Positions 47,434 to 58,730 of a DNA stretch of 64,000 nt are shown piece after piece. Position 1 is the stretch's first letter. The number at the start of each line of letters is the position of its first letter. A program made the translations under genes and the position numbers. Where the stretch lies: positions 32,001 to 96,000 of the IMG/VR virus record IMGVR_UViG_3300028832_000102; one strand, 5' to 3'. Below the pieces are notes generated by a model that was not told where the DNA came from, made no database searches, and saw only the letters and a program-made list of their open reading frames with translations. Origin of the DNA: a virus. Taxonomy: Duplodnaviria > Caudoviricetes.

Positions 47434-49815
47434 ATGCGAAGTATTGATTTAGTAATCCCAATGGTTTTTCCTGATGACGAGAAGTGGCAGAAGGAATATG
47501 CGAGAATGAACGGAAACGTTGTCACGGTGCAGAGGAACGTGAGGTTCCGTTCGTGGGGAACGGAAGAACTTCTTATGGAATGTTGTTTGAAGTTCATGCC
47601 GTGGTTGAGACGCATTCATATCCTACTGGCGTCTGAATCGCAGGTAAGGCCGTGGATGGCTCGTTTCACGGAACGCCATGAGGAGGATAGTGTTGAAGTA
47701 AGGGTGGTATTCCACCGAGACTTCATGCCATGGGAGCTGCTGCCTTGCTTCAACATTAACACGATAGAGATGTTCCTGCACAGGATACCGGAGCTGGCGG
47801 AGCAGTTTGTCTATAGCAACGACGACTTCTACCCGTTGTCGCCGCTGGTGCCTGAGGATTTCTTCAGCGATGGTCTGCCATGCCAGCATCATGAAGAGAA
47901 TCCTTACCCTGCGTCGCCCAACACGTTCCAGAAGTTTGTCAAGAACGGACTGGACATGGTTGCTGCGGACTTTGGCAGACGGTTTCGGAATACATGGCTG
48001 CGTGGGGGACACTCGATGCAGCCGATGTTACGATCCACGGTAGAGGAGGTCTGCGAGCGACATCACGACCGTATTGCGGAGTCTTTCTCCTTCAGCAGGA
48101 ACAAGAAGAACTTTAATCAGTATATTTTCCCCTTCTACCAGCATCTTTCGGGTAAATACGTGGACCATGTTCCTGCAAGTCAATATGTAGGTCCAAGAAC
48201 ACCAACTTCGCAAATAACCGCTATTCTTCGAAATCCTGCGTGTGGGATTGTTTGCATCAACGACAATTCTGCCATTGACGACTGGAAGACGAGAGCCGAT
48301 ATTGTAAAAAGGGAAATCACAAAGAAACTGAGCGAGGGGAAGAAAGAAATAGTTACTGAGGCTCGACATAATTATAAAAATAAAAAAGCTATGGAAGTAC
48401 TAATCATTCACTACAACACACCGGAGCTGACGGCAGCTGCGGTCAGGTCGCTGCTAAAGCAGACACCGGAAGCAAGAGTTACGCTGTTTGACAATAGCGA
48501 CAAGAGACCATGGGTCAACCAGGAGGATTTAAAGGAAAGCGTGGAGGTCATCGACAATACGAAGGGACAAATCGTGGATTGGGACGAGTGGCTGGCGACG
48601 TTTCCCGACAAAAAGAATACCACGGCAAACAACTGGGCGAGTGCCAAGCACTGCTATTCAGTGGAGTTGTGTATGGACAGGTTTCTTGATGGTTTCATCT
48701 TGATGGACAGCGATGTGCTCGTAAAGAAAGACATTTCTGGTCTGGTGGACAAGGGGTGTGCTTTCGTGGGAGAGGAGTGTGCCGGAACGAAGAAGTTCCC
48801 TGTGCCGAGAGTACTCCCGATGCTGTGCTGGATCAACACGCCGATGCTGAAGGAGGCGGGCATACGCTACTATAATGCGGAAAAGATGTGGAAGCTGACA
48901 TCCAAGGCTCCAAACTGCTACTACGACACTGGCGCGTGGTTACTGGAGGCGGTAAGGGAAGCAGGACTTAACTGCCGTAATATCTCTTTTAAGGACTACA
49001 TTCTGCATTATGGACACGGGTCGTGGCGCAACCGGCAGAAGACGGCAGGGACATGGCTTGAGGAGAACCGCAGCTTGTGGTGCCAGAAAAAGGCTAACGA
49101 CAACGTGCGTATTTACGTATGTACGCATACGGACTTCAAGCAGGTGGTTAAAGACCATGTCTATGAGGTGGTAGATGCAAGACAGTGGAACGGGGATGTT
49201 TGTGACAACGGGCTGCGCGGTTCGTTCTATTCGGAACTGATTTCCTATAAACATATTGCCGAGAGAAAGGACTTGCCTGAGTTGGTGGGATTCTGTTGCT
49301 ACAGGAAGTATTTCTCTTTTATGGATGACGTGCCCGACTTTTCGGAGGTATTCGGAGAGTATGACGCAGTGGCAGCAACGCCAATCCGTGTGCTCCCTGA
49401 CGTGGCAGGGCAATATGCGCATTGCCACAACAAACGGGATCTTGCCATCGTGACGGACATTGTGAAAAGAGACTATCCGGAGATGTGGCCTTCGTTCTCG
49501 AGAAGCCTGAGACAACCATCACTCTATGCTTGCAACATGTTTATCGTGCGCAGGGAGGATTTCCGATGGATGATACAGACGGTCTTTGATATACTTGACA
49601 AGTACCTGGAGACGGTGGGCATGGATATTGAGGGACGCATTGAGTCTAACCCGAGGGAATACCATATCGGAAGACCAAGAACGGGTGTCGTGGCCTACCA
49701 GTACCGCATAGGCGGATTTCTGGGCGAGCGTATCATCAATGCCTTGCTGAGATTCCGTTTCCAGCACATTAAGCATTACGATAAGGTCATAACGCAACAA
49801 TCTATAGGTATTTAA
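47434..49815 (+). CDS. Multi-domain glyco-enzyme: Stealth family + GT-A domain + DUF4422-like domain
   Basis: IDLVIPMV (Stealth CR1), FNINTIEMFLHRIPELAEQFVYSNDDFY (CR2), CIND (CR4); FILMDSDV DxD; YSEL..VGFCCYRKYF..GGFLGERI. Confidence 0.8.
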   Translation: MRSIDLVIPMVFPDDEKWQKEYARMNGNVVTVQRNVRFRSWGTEELLMECCLKFMPWLRRIHILLASESQVRPWMARFTERHEEDSVEVRVVFHRDFMPWELLPCFNINTIEMFLHRIPELAEQFVYSNDDFYPLSPLVPEDFFSDGLPCQHHEENPYPASPNTFQKFVKNGLDMVAADFGRRFRNTWLRGGHSMQPMLRSTVEEVCERHHDRIAESFSFSRNKKNFNQYIFPFYQHLSGKYVDHVPASQYVGPRTPTSQITAILRNPACGIVCINDNSAIDDWKTRADIVKREITKKLSEGKKEIVTEARHNYKNKKAMEVLIIHYNTPELTAAAVRSLLKQTPEARVTLFDNSDKRPWVNQEDLKESVEVIDNTKGQIVDWDEWLATFPDKKNTTANNWASAKHCYSVELCMDRFLDGFILMDSDVLVKKDISGLVDKGCAFVGEECAGTKKFPVPRVLPMLCWINTPMLKEAGIRYYNAEKMWKLTSKAPNCYYDTGAWLLEAVREAGLNCRNISFKDYILHYGHGSWRNRQKTAGTWLEENRSLWCQKKANDNVRIYVCTHTDFKQVVKDHVYEVVDARQWNGDVCDNGLRGSFYSELISYKHIAERKDLPELVGFCCYRKYFSFMDDVPDFSEVFGEYDAVAATPIRVLPDVAGQYAHCHNKRDLAIVTDIVKRDYPEMWPSFSRSLRQPSLYACNMFIVRREDFRWMIQTVFDILDKYLETVGMDIEGRIESNPREYHIGRPRTGVVAYQYRIGGFLGERIINALLRFRFQHIKHYDKVITQQSIGI

Positions 49816-49818
49816 GCC

Positions 49819-50628
49819 ATGAGAATAACACTATGTGCCATCGGAAGGATGGAGAACAGGTATGCCAGGGAATGGGTGGACTATCATCTGTCTATCGGGT
49901 TCGATCACATATACATTTGCGACAACAACAGAGTCGGGGAGGAACACTTCGAGGAGGTGATTGGTGATTATGTGAAGGAGGGTAGGGTGACTATTCTTAA
50001 CTTCAGGAATATGGAACGTGTGCAGATTCGGGCTTACAACAAGTGCTATGCCTTATACGGTGGCACGTGTGACTGGATGGCGTTTCTTGACTTTGACGAG
50101 TATCTCGTAACATCAAAACCTCTTCAGGAGTTTCTTACGGGACGAGAAGGAATGGACTGTGTACTTGTTAACTGGAGAGTGATGACTGACAGCGGTCTTG
50201 TGAGTTACGACGCGCGTCCTGTGCGCGAACGGTTCACGGTGCCTCTGGATAATCATGTCTTGATGCGCGGAAAGCATCGCTACAACGACCATGTCAAGAG
50301 TATTGTGCGGGGTGGATTGGGGGTTAACACTGTTTTTGATAATTCTATGCACGTTCCGAAGATGGGAATACGCTGTTGTACAGCCAACGGCAACACTGCA
50401 ACTCATTCTCCTTTCCATCCATGCGATCACAGCATAGCGCGGATAGACCATTACACAACAAAGACTCTGGAGGAGTGGCTGACAGTTAAGATGGTTCGTG
50501 GACTTGGACAGTCGGATTCTGACCGGTGGCGGCAGAAAATAGCTATCAAGCAGTTTTTCGAGATAAATAGCCATTCTCCAGAGAAGGATAAGATGGTGGC
50601 TGAATGGGCTGCCGATGACTGCCCTTGA
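49819..50628 (+). CDS. Glycosyltransferase (GT92/GT2-like)
   Basis: ENRYAREWVDYHLSIGFDHIYICDNN, WMAFLDFDEY, HYTTKTLEEW. Confidence 0.85.
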   Translation: MRITLCAIGRMENRYAREWVDYHLSIGFDHIYICDNNRVGEEHFEEVIGDYVKEGRVTILNFRNMERVQIRAYNKCYALYGGTCDWMAFLDFDEYLVTSKPLQEFLTGREGMDCVLVNWRVMTDSGLVSYDARPVRERFTVPLDNHVLMRGKHRYNDHVKSIVRGGLGVNTVFDNSMHVPKMGIRCCTANGNTATHSPFHPCDHSIARIDHYTTKTLEEWLTVKMVRGLGQSDSDRWRQKIAIKQFFEINSHSPEKDKMVAEWAADDCP

Positions 50629-50670
50629 CCTGTACAGGAGGAAATCGTATATTGAGGAAAAAATGATATC

Positions 50671-51852
50671 ATGCTTATCACCAATAGTAGCGAAATAGAG
50701 TTTTTGATGCCAACGGCCAGGTGGGAAGATCCTCACCAGCTTTTCGGTTATCTGGAAGAGGAGGAGATGGTAGTCTTGGAACCTCTTCTGGGAGAAGCCT
50801 TGTATCAGTTTGTGGTGTCTGAGTACGATCGTCTTCGACAGGAATACTGGGATATAACAAAGGTTATGGGAGGTGGCGACGGGAAAATTTTGACTTCGAG
50901 CAATGAACACACCGACGTAACCGAGGAGCAGGACAGAATCAACGCGGGGAATTACGTGAGGAGCAATTCTCGCACTCAAGTGAACGAGGAGGCGGTGGAT
51001 GAGAAAGACTATAAGACCATTCAGCTTATCCGTATCTGCCAGCGCATTGAGTTCTACAAGATGCTTTCACACAAGGCGGGACTGCTGACCGTGAGTTTCA
51101 ATGCGGGCGGTGGCATGAACGTAGTGAGCGCTGACGGCTATGAGCCTGCCAGCGACAAGGATCGCGAGGAAGCACGTAAGGACGCTTTCATGAGTGCAGG
51201 ACGGGCGGTGGACAGTCTGCTGTTGTTCCTGGAATCGGATGCTAAAGGTGAAAAGCTGTTTACCGAACTCTGGCAGCAAGCGGATGCTTTCTATTTGCAC
51301 AAGGATCTGCTGTTCCAAACGGCTCACGTACTGAACCAGTTCCTCGACATCAACAACGAGCGATGGGCATACGTCAAACTGGTGCGTGACATCCGCTTCT
51401 GCCAGAACACCTACCTAAAGCCTCGTATCGGCAACAAACTACTGCTGGCGGTGGTGGAGAGTCTGAATGGACAGAGCACTCAGGATACTCAGATTTTTAC
51501 GGAGTTAGCCAACATGCTCCGCACCGCGCTGGCTTTCTATGTGGAGAGCCGCCGACAGGATCTGGCTCCTGCTCGCGAGAAGTTGGCACGCAGGGACTCG
51601 ATGACGGATGCGCAGCAGGCCATGGCAATGGCATGTGCTTATATCGAAGATAACCTGGATGAACTGGGCGAGGCGGCTGTGGGTTCTCCTATATATAACG
51701 CGGTGCGTGCGCGAGAGCGGCAGGAGGAGTATGACCGCAAGCATCAGGAGGAGGCACAGGAACGCCGGCGCATGGTGGCCTGTCAGCAGCAGCACAAGAA
51801 ACTGTTTACGGCGTTCCCACACACCACCAGACAAGTGGATGTAAAGGACTGA
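50671..51852 (+). CDS. Putative head-tail adaptor (DUF6712-like)
   Basis: LEPLLGEALY repeated as LKPRIGNKLL; structural-gene context. Confidence 0.55.
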   Translation: MLITNSSEIEFLMPTARWEDPHQLFGYLEEEEMVVLEPLLGEALYQFVVSEYDRLRQEYWDITKVMGGGDGKILTSSNEHTDVTEEQDRINAGNYVRSNSRTQVNEEAVDEKDYKTIQLIRICQRIEFYKMLSHKAGLLTVSFNAGGGMNVVSADGYEPASDKDREEARKDAFMSAGRAVDSLLLFLESDAKGEKLFTELWQQADAFYLHKDLLFQTAHVLNQFLDINNERWAYVKLVRDIRFCQNTYLKPRIGNKLLLAVVESLNGQSTQDTQIFTELANMLRTALAFYVESRRQDLAPAREKLARRDSMTDAQQAMAMACAYIEDNLDELGEAAVGSPIYNAVRARERQEEYDRKHQEEAQERRRMVACQQQHKKLFTAFPHTTRQVDVKD

Positions 51853-51973
51853 AAGAAGGCAAAGAAGAGGGAGTAAAGGGAATAATGACAATGGCTCGAA
51901 TATCTGCCCTTGATGCAGCAGGCGCCCCTTCGTATATTTGCAGTAAAGACACAAACACAAAAACGTAAAAGAT

Positions 51974-53827
<1,854 letters not shown>

Positions 53828-53900
53828 AGAATGGCCATTGAGAACTTAACAACACAACAACAGTAAACATAGTATTCACCCATTAAACAACACAAACATT

Positions 53901-55175
53901 ATGGCTTACGCACTTAGTATTACTGACATTCAAACTGTCAAACAGCAAATCGAGCCTGAGTTGGTGGCCAAGGCTTACCTGCTCGATGACGCTATGTTCG
54001 GAGACCTTGGTATTAAGGTGACAACAGACGTTGAGAATATCGACGTATGCTACATCTTCAACCGTAAGGGTCTTGTAGCACGCCCCTACACAGTAGGTAA
54101 CGTGAAGAGCAAACAGATTGCCAAGATCGTGGACAATCCCGCAAAGGTTGAGGACTACTACGTGAAGACGGAAGATAGTATCAACCGCTATCGCGAGAAG
54201 GGCCCATTCAACGCCGTTGACGGCTCTGGTGAGTCTGAGATGACTCAGAAGAACCTGAACGAGATTGCAGGCCGCGCTGGTGAGGACGTTCGTTTCAACG
54301 TTTTCTTCGGAAACAAGGCTAACCGCTCTCTCGAGGAAACTCCTGAAAACGAGGTTAAGTTGGGTACTGCTTTGTTTGACGGTGTTTACACCATCATCGC
54401 CAAGAAGCGTACCGACGGTACTATCTCTACACAGAACAAGAACCTGATTATCACTGGCGATATTGCCGGTAAGACTCCTCAGCAGGTCTATGAGATCCTG
54501 ACAACCTTCTACGGTGGCTTGCACCCCGCTATGAAGAAGCCCGAGCAGGAAATCTACATCCTGGCTTCTGACGAGTTCTGCCGCAAGGCTGTGAAGGGTT
54601 ACATGCTGACTTTCCCACAGATTGCACCTCAGGTGCTACAGGCAGGCTGGAAGTTTGCGGAGATGCCTAACGTGCTGCTGAAGACTTCTTCGGCTATGGG
54701 TCAGGGCGGACAGCTCGTTGCCAGCGTTAAGGATAACATCGAGTTTATCTGCGACGTTCGCGAGGGTAAGTCTCAGATCCGTATCGGTCAGACCAACGAG
54801 GACCTCTCTATCCTGGGCTTCCAGATTAACGGTGCCGCTACCATGCGTATCCGTGACTACGACCCAATGGTATTCGCCTGCAACGACGCAGTGAACACCA
54901 TCGACGCTACTCCAGGTTCATACACCTCTGACATCTTCACCGCTACCAGCAGCGATGCAGCAGAGGGCAGTGTGACCATCATCAGTGGTCAGAAGGATTT
55001 GTACCAGGACGGCGACATTATCACCATCAAGGCAGAGCCTGAGGATGGCTATAAGTTCGTTGGCTGGAGCAACAAGGCGACTGCTAACCCACTGAACTAC
55101 ACATTCGGCGGCGGCGTTGTCAACCTGAAGGCAATGTTCGAGGAGGAAGGTGGAGATTCTTCTTCATCTGAATAG
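53901..55175 (+). CDS. Major capsid protein with C-terminal InlB-B-repeat/Ig-like domain
   Basis: Follows protease; strong codon bias; LFDG motif; tail ITIKAEPEDGYKFVGWSN. Confidence 0.75.
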   Translation: MAYALSITDIQTVKQQIEPELVAKAYLLDDAMFGDLGIKVTTDVENIDVCYIFNRKGLVARPYTVGNVKSKQIAKIVDNPAKVEDYYVKTEDSINRYREKGPFNAVDGSGESEMTQKNLNEIAGRAGEDVRFNVFFGNKANRSLEETPENEVKLGTALFDGVYTIIAKKRTDGTISTQNKNLIITGDIAGKTPQQVYEILTTFYGGLHPAMKKPEQEIYILASDEFCRKAVKGYMLTFPQIAPQVLQAGWKFAEMPNVLLKTSSAMGQGGQLVASVKDNIEFICDVREGKSQIRIGQTNEDLSILGFQINGAATMRIRDYDPMVFACNDAVNTIDATPGSYTSDIFTATSSDAAEGSVTIISGQKDLYQDGDIITIKAEPEDGYKFVGWSNKATANPLNYTFGGGVVNLKAMFEEEGGDSSSSE

Positions 55176-55276
55176 CCCATCGGAGGTGAGCGGGGTGAGT
55201 AGCGATAATCGCCAAAGCCCTGCCCTCTGATTTTTTTCATTGAAATTCACAACACAAACAAAAAAACTTTAATATT

Positions 55277-55879
55277 ATGGCTTGCATTCTGAAAAACGTA
55301 GTCGCATCTGCGGCTAATTGTAAGGAGAACCCCGCTGGTCTTAGCAACTACTGTATGGTTGTTCCCCTTGACACTGACCACATTTCCAGCATCGGCGTAC
55401 ACGATGGTAAAAACCAGTATGTCATTACACCTGCAGGTGAAGGACAGGGACTTAAAGGTTTCCGTATTGACTTCAAGACGCAGACCGGACAGGTAACGTC
55501 TGAGGACAATGGTGCCGGTAAGGGCTGGACACATACAGGTACTGGTCGCGTGGAGAAGAACGAGGACGACATGGCATACGTAAGTCGTATTCTCAGCAAC
55601 ATGGACGGTAAGTATCTCGTGTTCTTCCCAACGGGTAACATTACCTCTGACGGTATGGAGTGGAAGGTCGTTGGTAATCCAACAGGTGACACTGAGTTCT
55701 CGACTGCTGCAGACAGTGGTGCTGCTCGCGGCGACGACCATGGCACTACCTTTACCGTAACCTGCTCATATCAGCTTTACGATGTTATGAAGTGGTTCGG
55801 AGCCATCGACAAGGACGACGATCCTTCTTCTTCGGATCTGGCTGATGACACAAGTGATTCTATCACCATCACCGACTAA
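55277..55879 (+). CDS. Putative major tail tube protein
   Basis: CKENPAGL N-terminus, VVGNP, DSGAARGDDHG; strong codon bias. Confidence 0.6.
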   Translation: MACILKNVVASAANCKENPAGLSNYCMVVPLDTDHISSIGVHDGKNQYVITPAGEGQGLKGFRIDFKTQTGQVTSEDNGAGKGWTHTGTGRVEKNEDDMAYVSRILSNMDGKYLVFFPTGNITSDGMEWKVVGNPTGDTEFSTAADSGAARGDDHGTTFTVTCSYQLYDVMKWFGAIDKDDDPSSSDLADDTSDSITITD

Positions 55880-55896
55880 CCAACTCTCTTGACAAT

Positions 55897-55929
55897 ACAA
55901 AGCCCAGACCTTAAAAGCCTGGGCTTTGT
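55897..55929 (+). terminator. Strong hairpin after tail tube gene
   Basis: ACAAAGCCCAG/CTGGGCTTTGT perfect 11-bp stem. Confidence 0.55.
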
Positions 55930-55966
55930 CGTTGAATCGAGGGTATCACTTAACGAACGGAATAAT

Positions 55967-56476
55967 ATGCTACTAATAGAGCCTTGTTGTACACCCAAGC
56001 ACCTCCTTATGCTAAGAAGTAAGATGGGGGATAATGGCACTGCGTTCTGGCATGGGTACGGCGACTTGTCTATTGCAGAACTGCTACCTGCCATGCTGAC
56101 ACGCTATAGTGAAACGGAATTGCTGTTTGCTGCACCAGCACTGCCTGATACTGCAACAGACGTGTTGCTAAGAATGATGGACAAGAGATGGTCTTCTATC
56201 AACGGCGATTCCAAGATAAATACTATTGGGCATCTTACGCTTATCACGGACATGAGACCGCAAAAATCGCCGGTTGCAAGCAGGCTGCTTACGGAAAACC
56301 CGTATGGAGAGCGGCTTACCATTCGCAATGTGCAGCAGAAGGATACTGTCATCATTCTGCCCGACATAGCCTTCTTTGGCAACATAAACCTGGCTTATGG
56401 CGGACATTTTACGGCGGTGGCTACCAAGAACAGCAGGTTGATAGAAGACATGAGACGTAATCTCTGCCGACTGTAA
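55967..56476 (+). CDS. Hypothetical protein
   Basis: ORF (MLLIEPCC...). Confidence 0.65.
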   Translation: MLLIEPCCTPKHLLMLRSKMGDNGTAFWHGYGDLSIAELLPAMLTRYSETELLFAAPALPDTATDVLLRMMDKRWSSINGDSKINTIGHLTLITDMRPQKSPVASRLLTENPYGERLTIRNVQQKDTVIILPDIAFFGNINLAYGGHFTAVATKNSRLIEDMRRNLCRL

Positions 56477-56479
56477 TGG

Positions 56480-56995
56480 TCATACAATCATCTGTAAGCC
56501 CATGAGGTTCTGTATGCGTATGTCAATGGAGACACTACCTGCATCGCTATTGATGGTGCAAAGGTAGGTATCCTTTGTTGCTGACGCGAAGGCCCGCTGA
56601 CCATCACGGAAATAGAGCAGCAGGTGATGTGGTCGCCTTTCCAAGGCAAGTTTACACGCCACCGTATCGCTCGCCGATAAGGGTTCCCATAATTCACCGC
56701 CACGAACGTCTATGCCACAGCTGGCGGTAACTGTATGCAGGCGTCCATAAGTGTTATCGGATGTTTCGTCTTTCACCTTACCCGATTTCCTGGTAATGGG
56801 AATGAGTATGCCGCCTGGTGTTGCTGCCTGCATACCAATGGTTATGGCATGGGTCAATACGGGGTCGAAGTATTCTTCAGGGATTGTTGGTGTCAACTGA
56901 TTGACAGGCGAACTGACATCGCCTGATGGGATGTCTGCTACCGGGATGGCGACTATCGCCATCACATCATCAAGGGCGTACTCTTTACAATTCAT
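56480..56995 (-). CDS. Hypothetical protein, 171 aa
   Basis: ORF preceded by a minus-strand TGCCCTTG motif (57048-57055). Confidence 0.65.
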   Translation of the reverse strand: MNCKEYALDDVMAIVAIPVADIPSGDVSSPVNQLTPTIPEEYFDPVLTHAITIGMQAATPGGILIPITRKSGKVKDETSDNTYGRLHTVTASCGIDVRGGELWEPLSASDTVACKLALERRPHHLLLYFRDGQRAFASATKDTYLCTINSDAGSVSIDIRIQNLMGLQMIV

Positions 56996-57128
56996 GTCTT
57001 TAACTGTTTATTTCTCACTACAACTTAATGTTTTCAGAGGTTACAGTCAAGGGCACGCCTTATTATATTAATAATAGGTATATAAGGAATGGATATGATT
57101 TTCATAGTGGTCAGGGTACTGCTACTCG

Positions 57129-57842
57129 TTATGGCTCAGACTCGGCAGCGAGGTCGAGAAAGTCTTCTCTGTTATTCCTCTCAAACATGTCAAACCTATT
57201 GGAGAGTGCTTGGTGCTTATCGTACAGGACTTTGTACTTGTCGGCAAGGGATGATACTAGTTGGGATAGGCTCTTCATATCCTCATGCAACGTTTTTATC
57301 TCCTCACGAAGCGAATCAAAAGAGTTGTCTTCTGTGTTTTTCTTTGGGGCGGTATGCCTGGGGTCTGGGTTCGGGTCTATCAGAATTGTAAACGGGTCTA
57401 TAGAGAATACATCGCAGACAACAAGGAAGCGTTCTACTGGTGTACGTGTTAATGCCAGGAGGGAGTCACGCAGGCGTGATGGTGCCATGCCTGCCGCCTC
57501 TGCAGCCTGTTTCCATGTTGCGCTCGGCTGGGTGCTCACAATTTCCTGCAGGGCTTCTGCGTCGTAGCGACATGACTGGTAAGGCTCCGTGATATAGTCT
57601 GCTCGACGCCCGATGTAGTCCATCCGGCCAAAGGAAAAGAAACGGCGTACGGGGATGTGTAAGCCATTGGCTATTGCAAGAAGTTGCTGAACAGTTATAC
57701 CTTCTGGCTTTTGCATGATAGCATACCATGTTGTCGTGGCTATAGATGCCGCTGCCATCATATCCGCTGCAGACATGATGATCACATTACCAAGACTGCT
57801 TATTAGTCTGATATTAAGCCGAGGTCGTGAAGTGGTATTCAT
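57129..57842 (-). CDS. Putative repressor with two XRE-like HTH domains
   Basis: ITVQQLLAIANGLHIPVRRFF and TPVERFLVVCDVFSIDP; divergent promoter region upstream. Confidence 0.7.
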   Translation of the reverse strand: MNTTSRPRLNIRLISSLGNVIIMSAADMMAAASIATTTWYAIMQKPEGITVQQLLAIANGLHIPVRRFFSFGRMDYIGRRADYITEPYQSCRYDAEALQEIVSTQPSATWKQAAEAAGMAPSRLRDSLLALTRTPVERFLVVCDVFSIDPFTILIDPNPDPRHTAPKKNTEDNSFDSLREEIKTLHEDMKSLSQLVSSLADKYKVLYDKHQALSNRFDMFERNNREDFLDLAAESEP

Positions 57843-57879
57843 AGTTTGCTTATTTAATAATATTAACATAAACCGAAAT

Positions 57880-57960
57880 ATTTTTCGGAAAACGTTTTGT
57901 GGATTTTCAAAATAGTTGTATCTTTGCAGCAAAGTTACAACTATTTTCTAAGAAAACCTA
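57880..57960. promoter_or_regulatory. Overlapping divergent promoters with palindromic operators (switch region)
   Basis: TATCTTTG (+, 57919-57926, TTTG at 57896) facing TAACTTTG (-, 57930-57937); TTTTCGGAAAA and TTTTCTAAGAAAA near-palindromes. Confidence 0.6.
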
Positions 57961-58016
57961 AAGTTACTGGATTAAAAAGTCCAAAATAACGTTGCAATAT
58001 TTATTACTAAACCGAA

Positions 58017-58337
58017 ATGAAGAATTATTTTAAGAACCTATTGCTCGCACTACTTGGTTCGAATCCTGTCAGTAAGGAAATCGAGCGTATAAAAAATGAA
58101 TATGCCAGTATCATGGGGCGTTTGAAACAAATGGAACAACGCGCTAATGATATCCAAACTAGGTTTGTATCTACTAAAAAACAGATTACAAACTATCAGA
58201 ACCAGATAGAAAATCTGCGGCAGAGAATCAAGGAAAAGGACGAACTGATAGCGAGAATCAAAAACGAATATCAGAAGCGGATATCTGAATACAATCTGAT
58301 TATCGACAAACTTTGCAAGCCAACAGGCAAGGAATGA
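58017..58337 (+). CDS. Coiled-coil hypothetical protein
   Basis: ORF. Confidence 0.6.
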   Translation: MKNYFKNLLLALLGSNPVSKEIERIKNEYASIMGRLKQMEQRANDIQTRFVSTKKQITNYQNQIENLRQRIKEKDELIARIKNEYQKRISEYNLIIDKLCKPTGKE

Positions 58338-58451
58338 CGTTTTCCGAAAACACCTGAATAACGGCAATGACAGCCACCTAAAAAACCAATAACAATATTT
58401 CAAGTCCGTTTCGGACATGTATTGTCTTAATAACATAAAACAATAATCTAT

Positions 58452-58730
58452 ATGGATATAGGAAAAGCCATCAAGTTGCTAAGAAACAAACGCAGCATGA
58501 CACAGGCGCAGCTCGCCGAAAGATGTTGCATGAGTTCTAGCGCTGTCTGCTACCTCGAGACAGGAAAATCATTTCCTCCGAAGGCTACTGTAGACCGTAT
58601 ATGCAGGGAACTGGAAATGCCGACGGCTTATTTACTGTTGGCCAGCATTGAAGAAGAGGATTTCCCAATGGAGAAACGACTTCTTTACCACTCGATGTTA
58701 GAACCTTTACGAGACGCGCTGATTTTATGA
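58452..58730 (+). CDS. XRE-family HTH regulator (Cro-like)
   Basis: IKLLRNKRSMTQAQLAERCCMSSSAVCYLETGKSFP. Confidence 0.9.
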   Translation: MDIGKAIKLLRNKRSMTQAQLAERCCMSSSAVCYLETGKSFPPKATVDRICRELEMPTAYLLLASIEEEDFPMEKRLLYHSMLEPLRDALIL

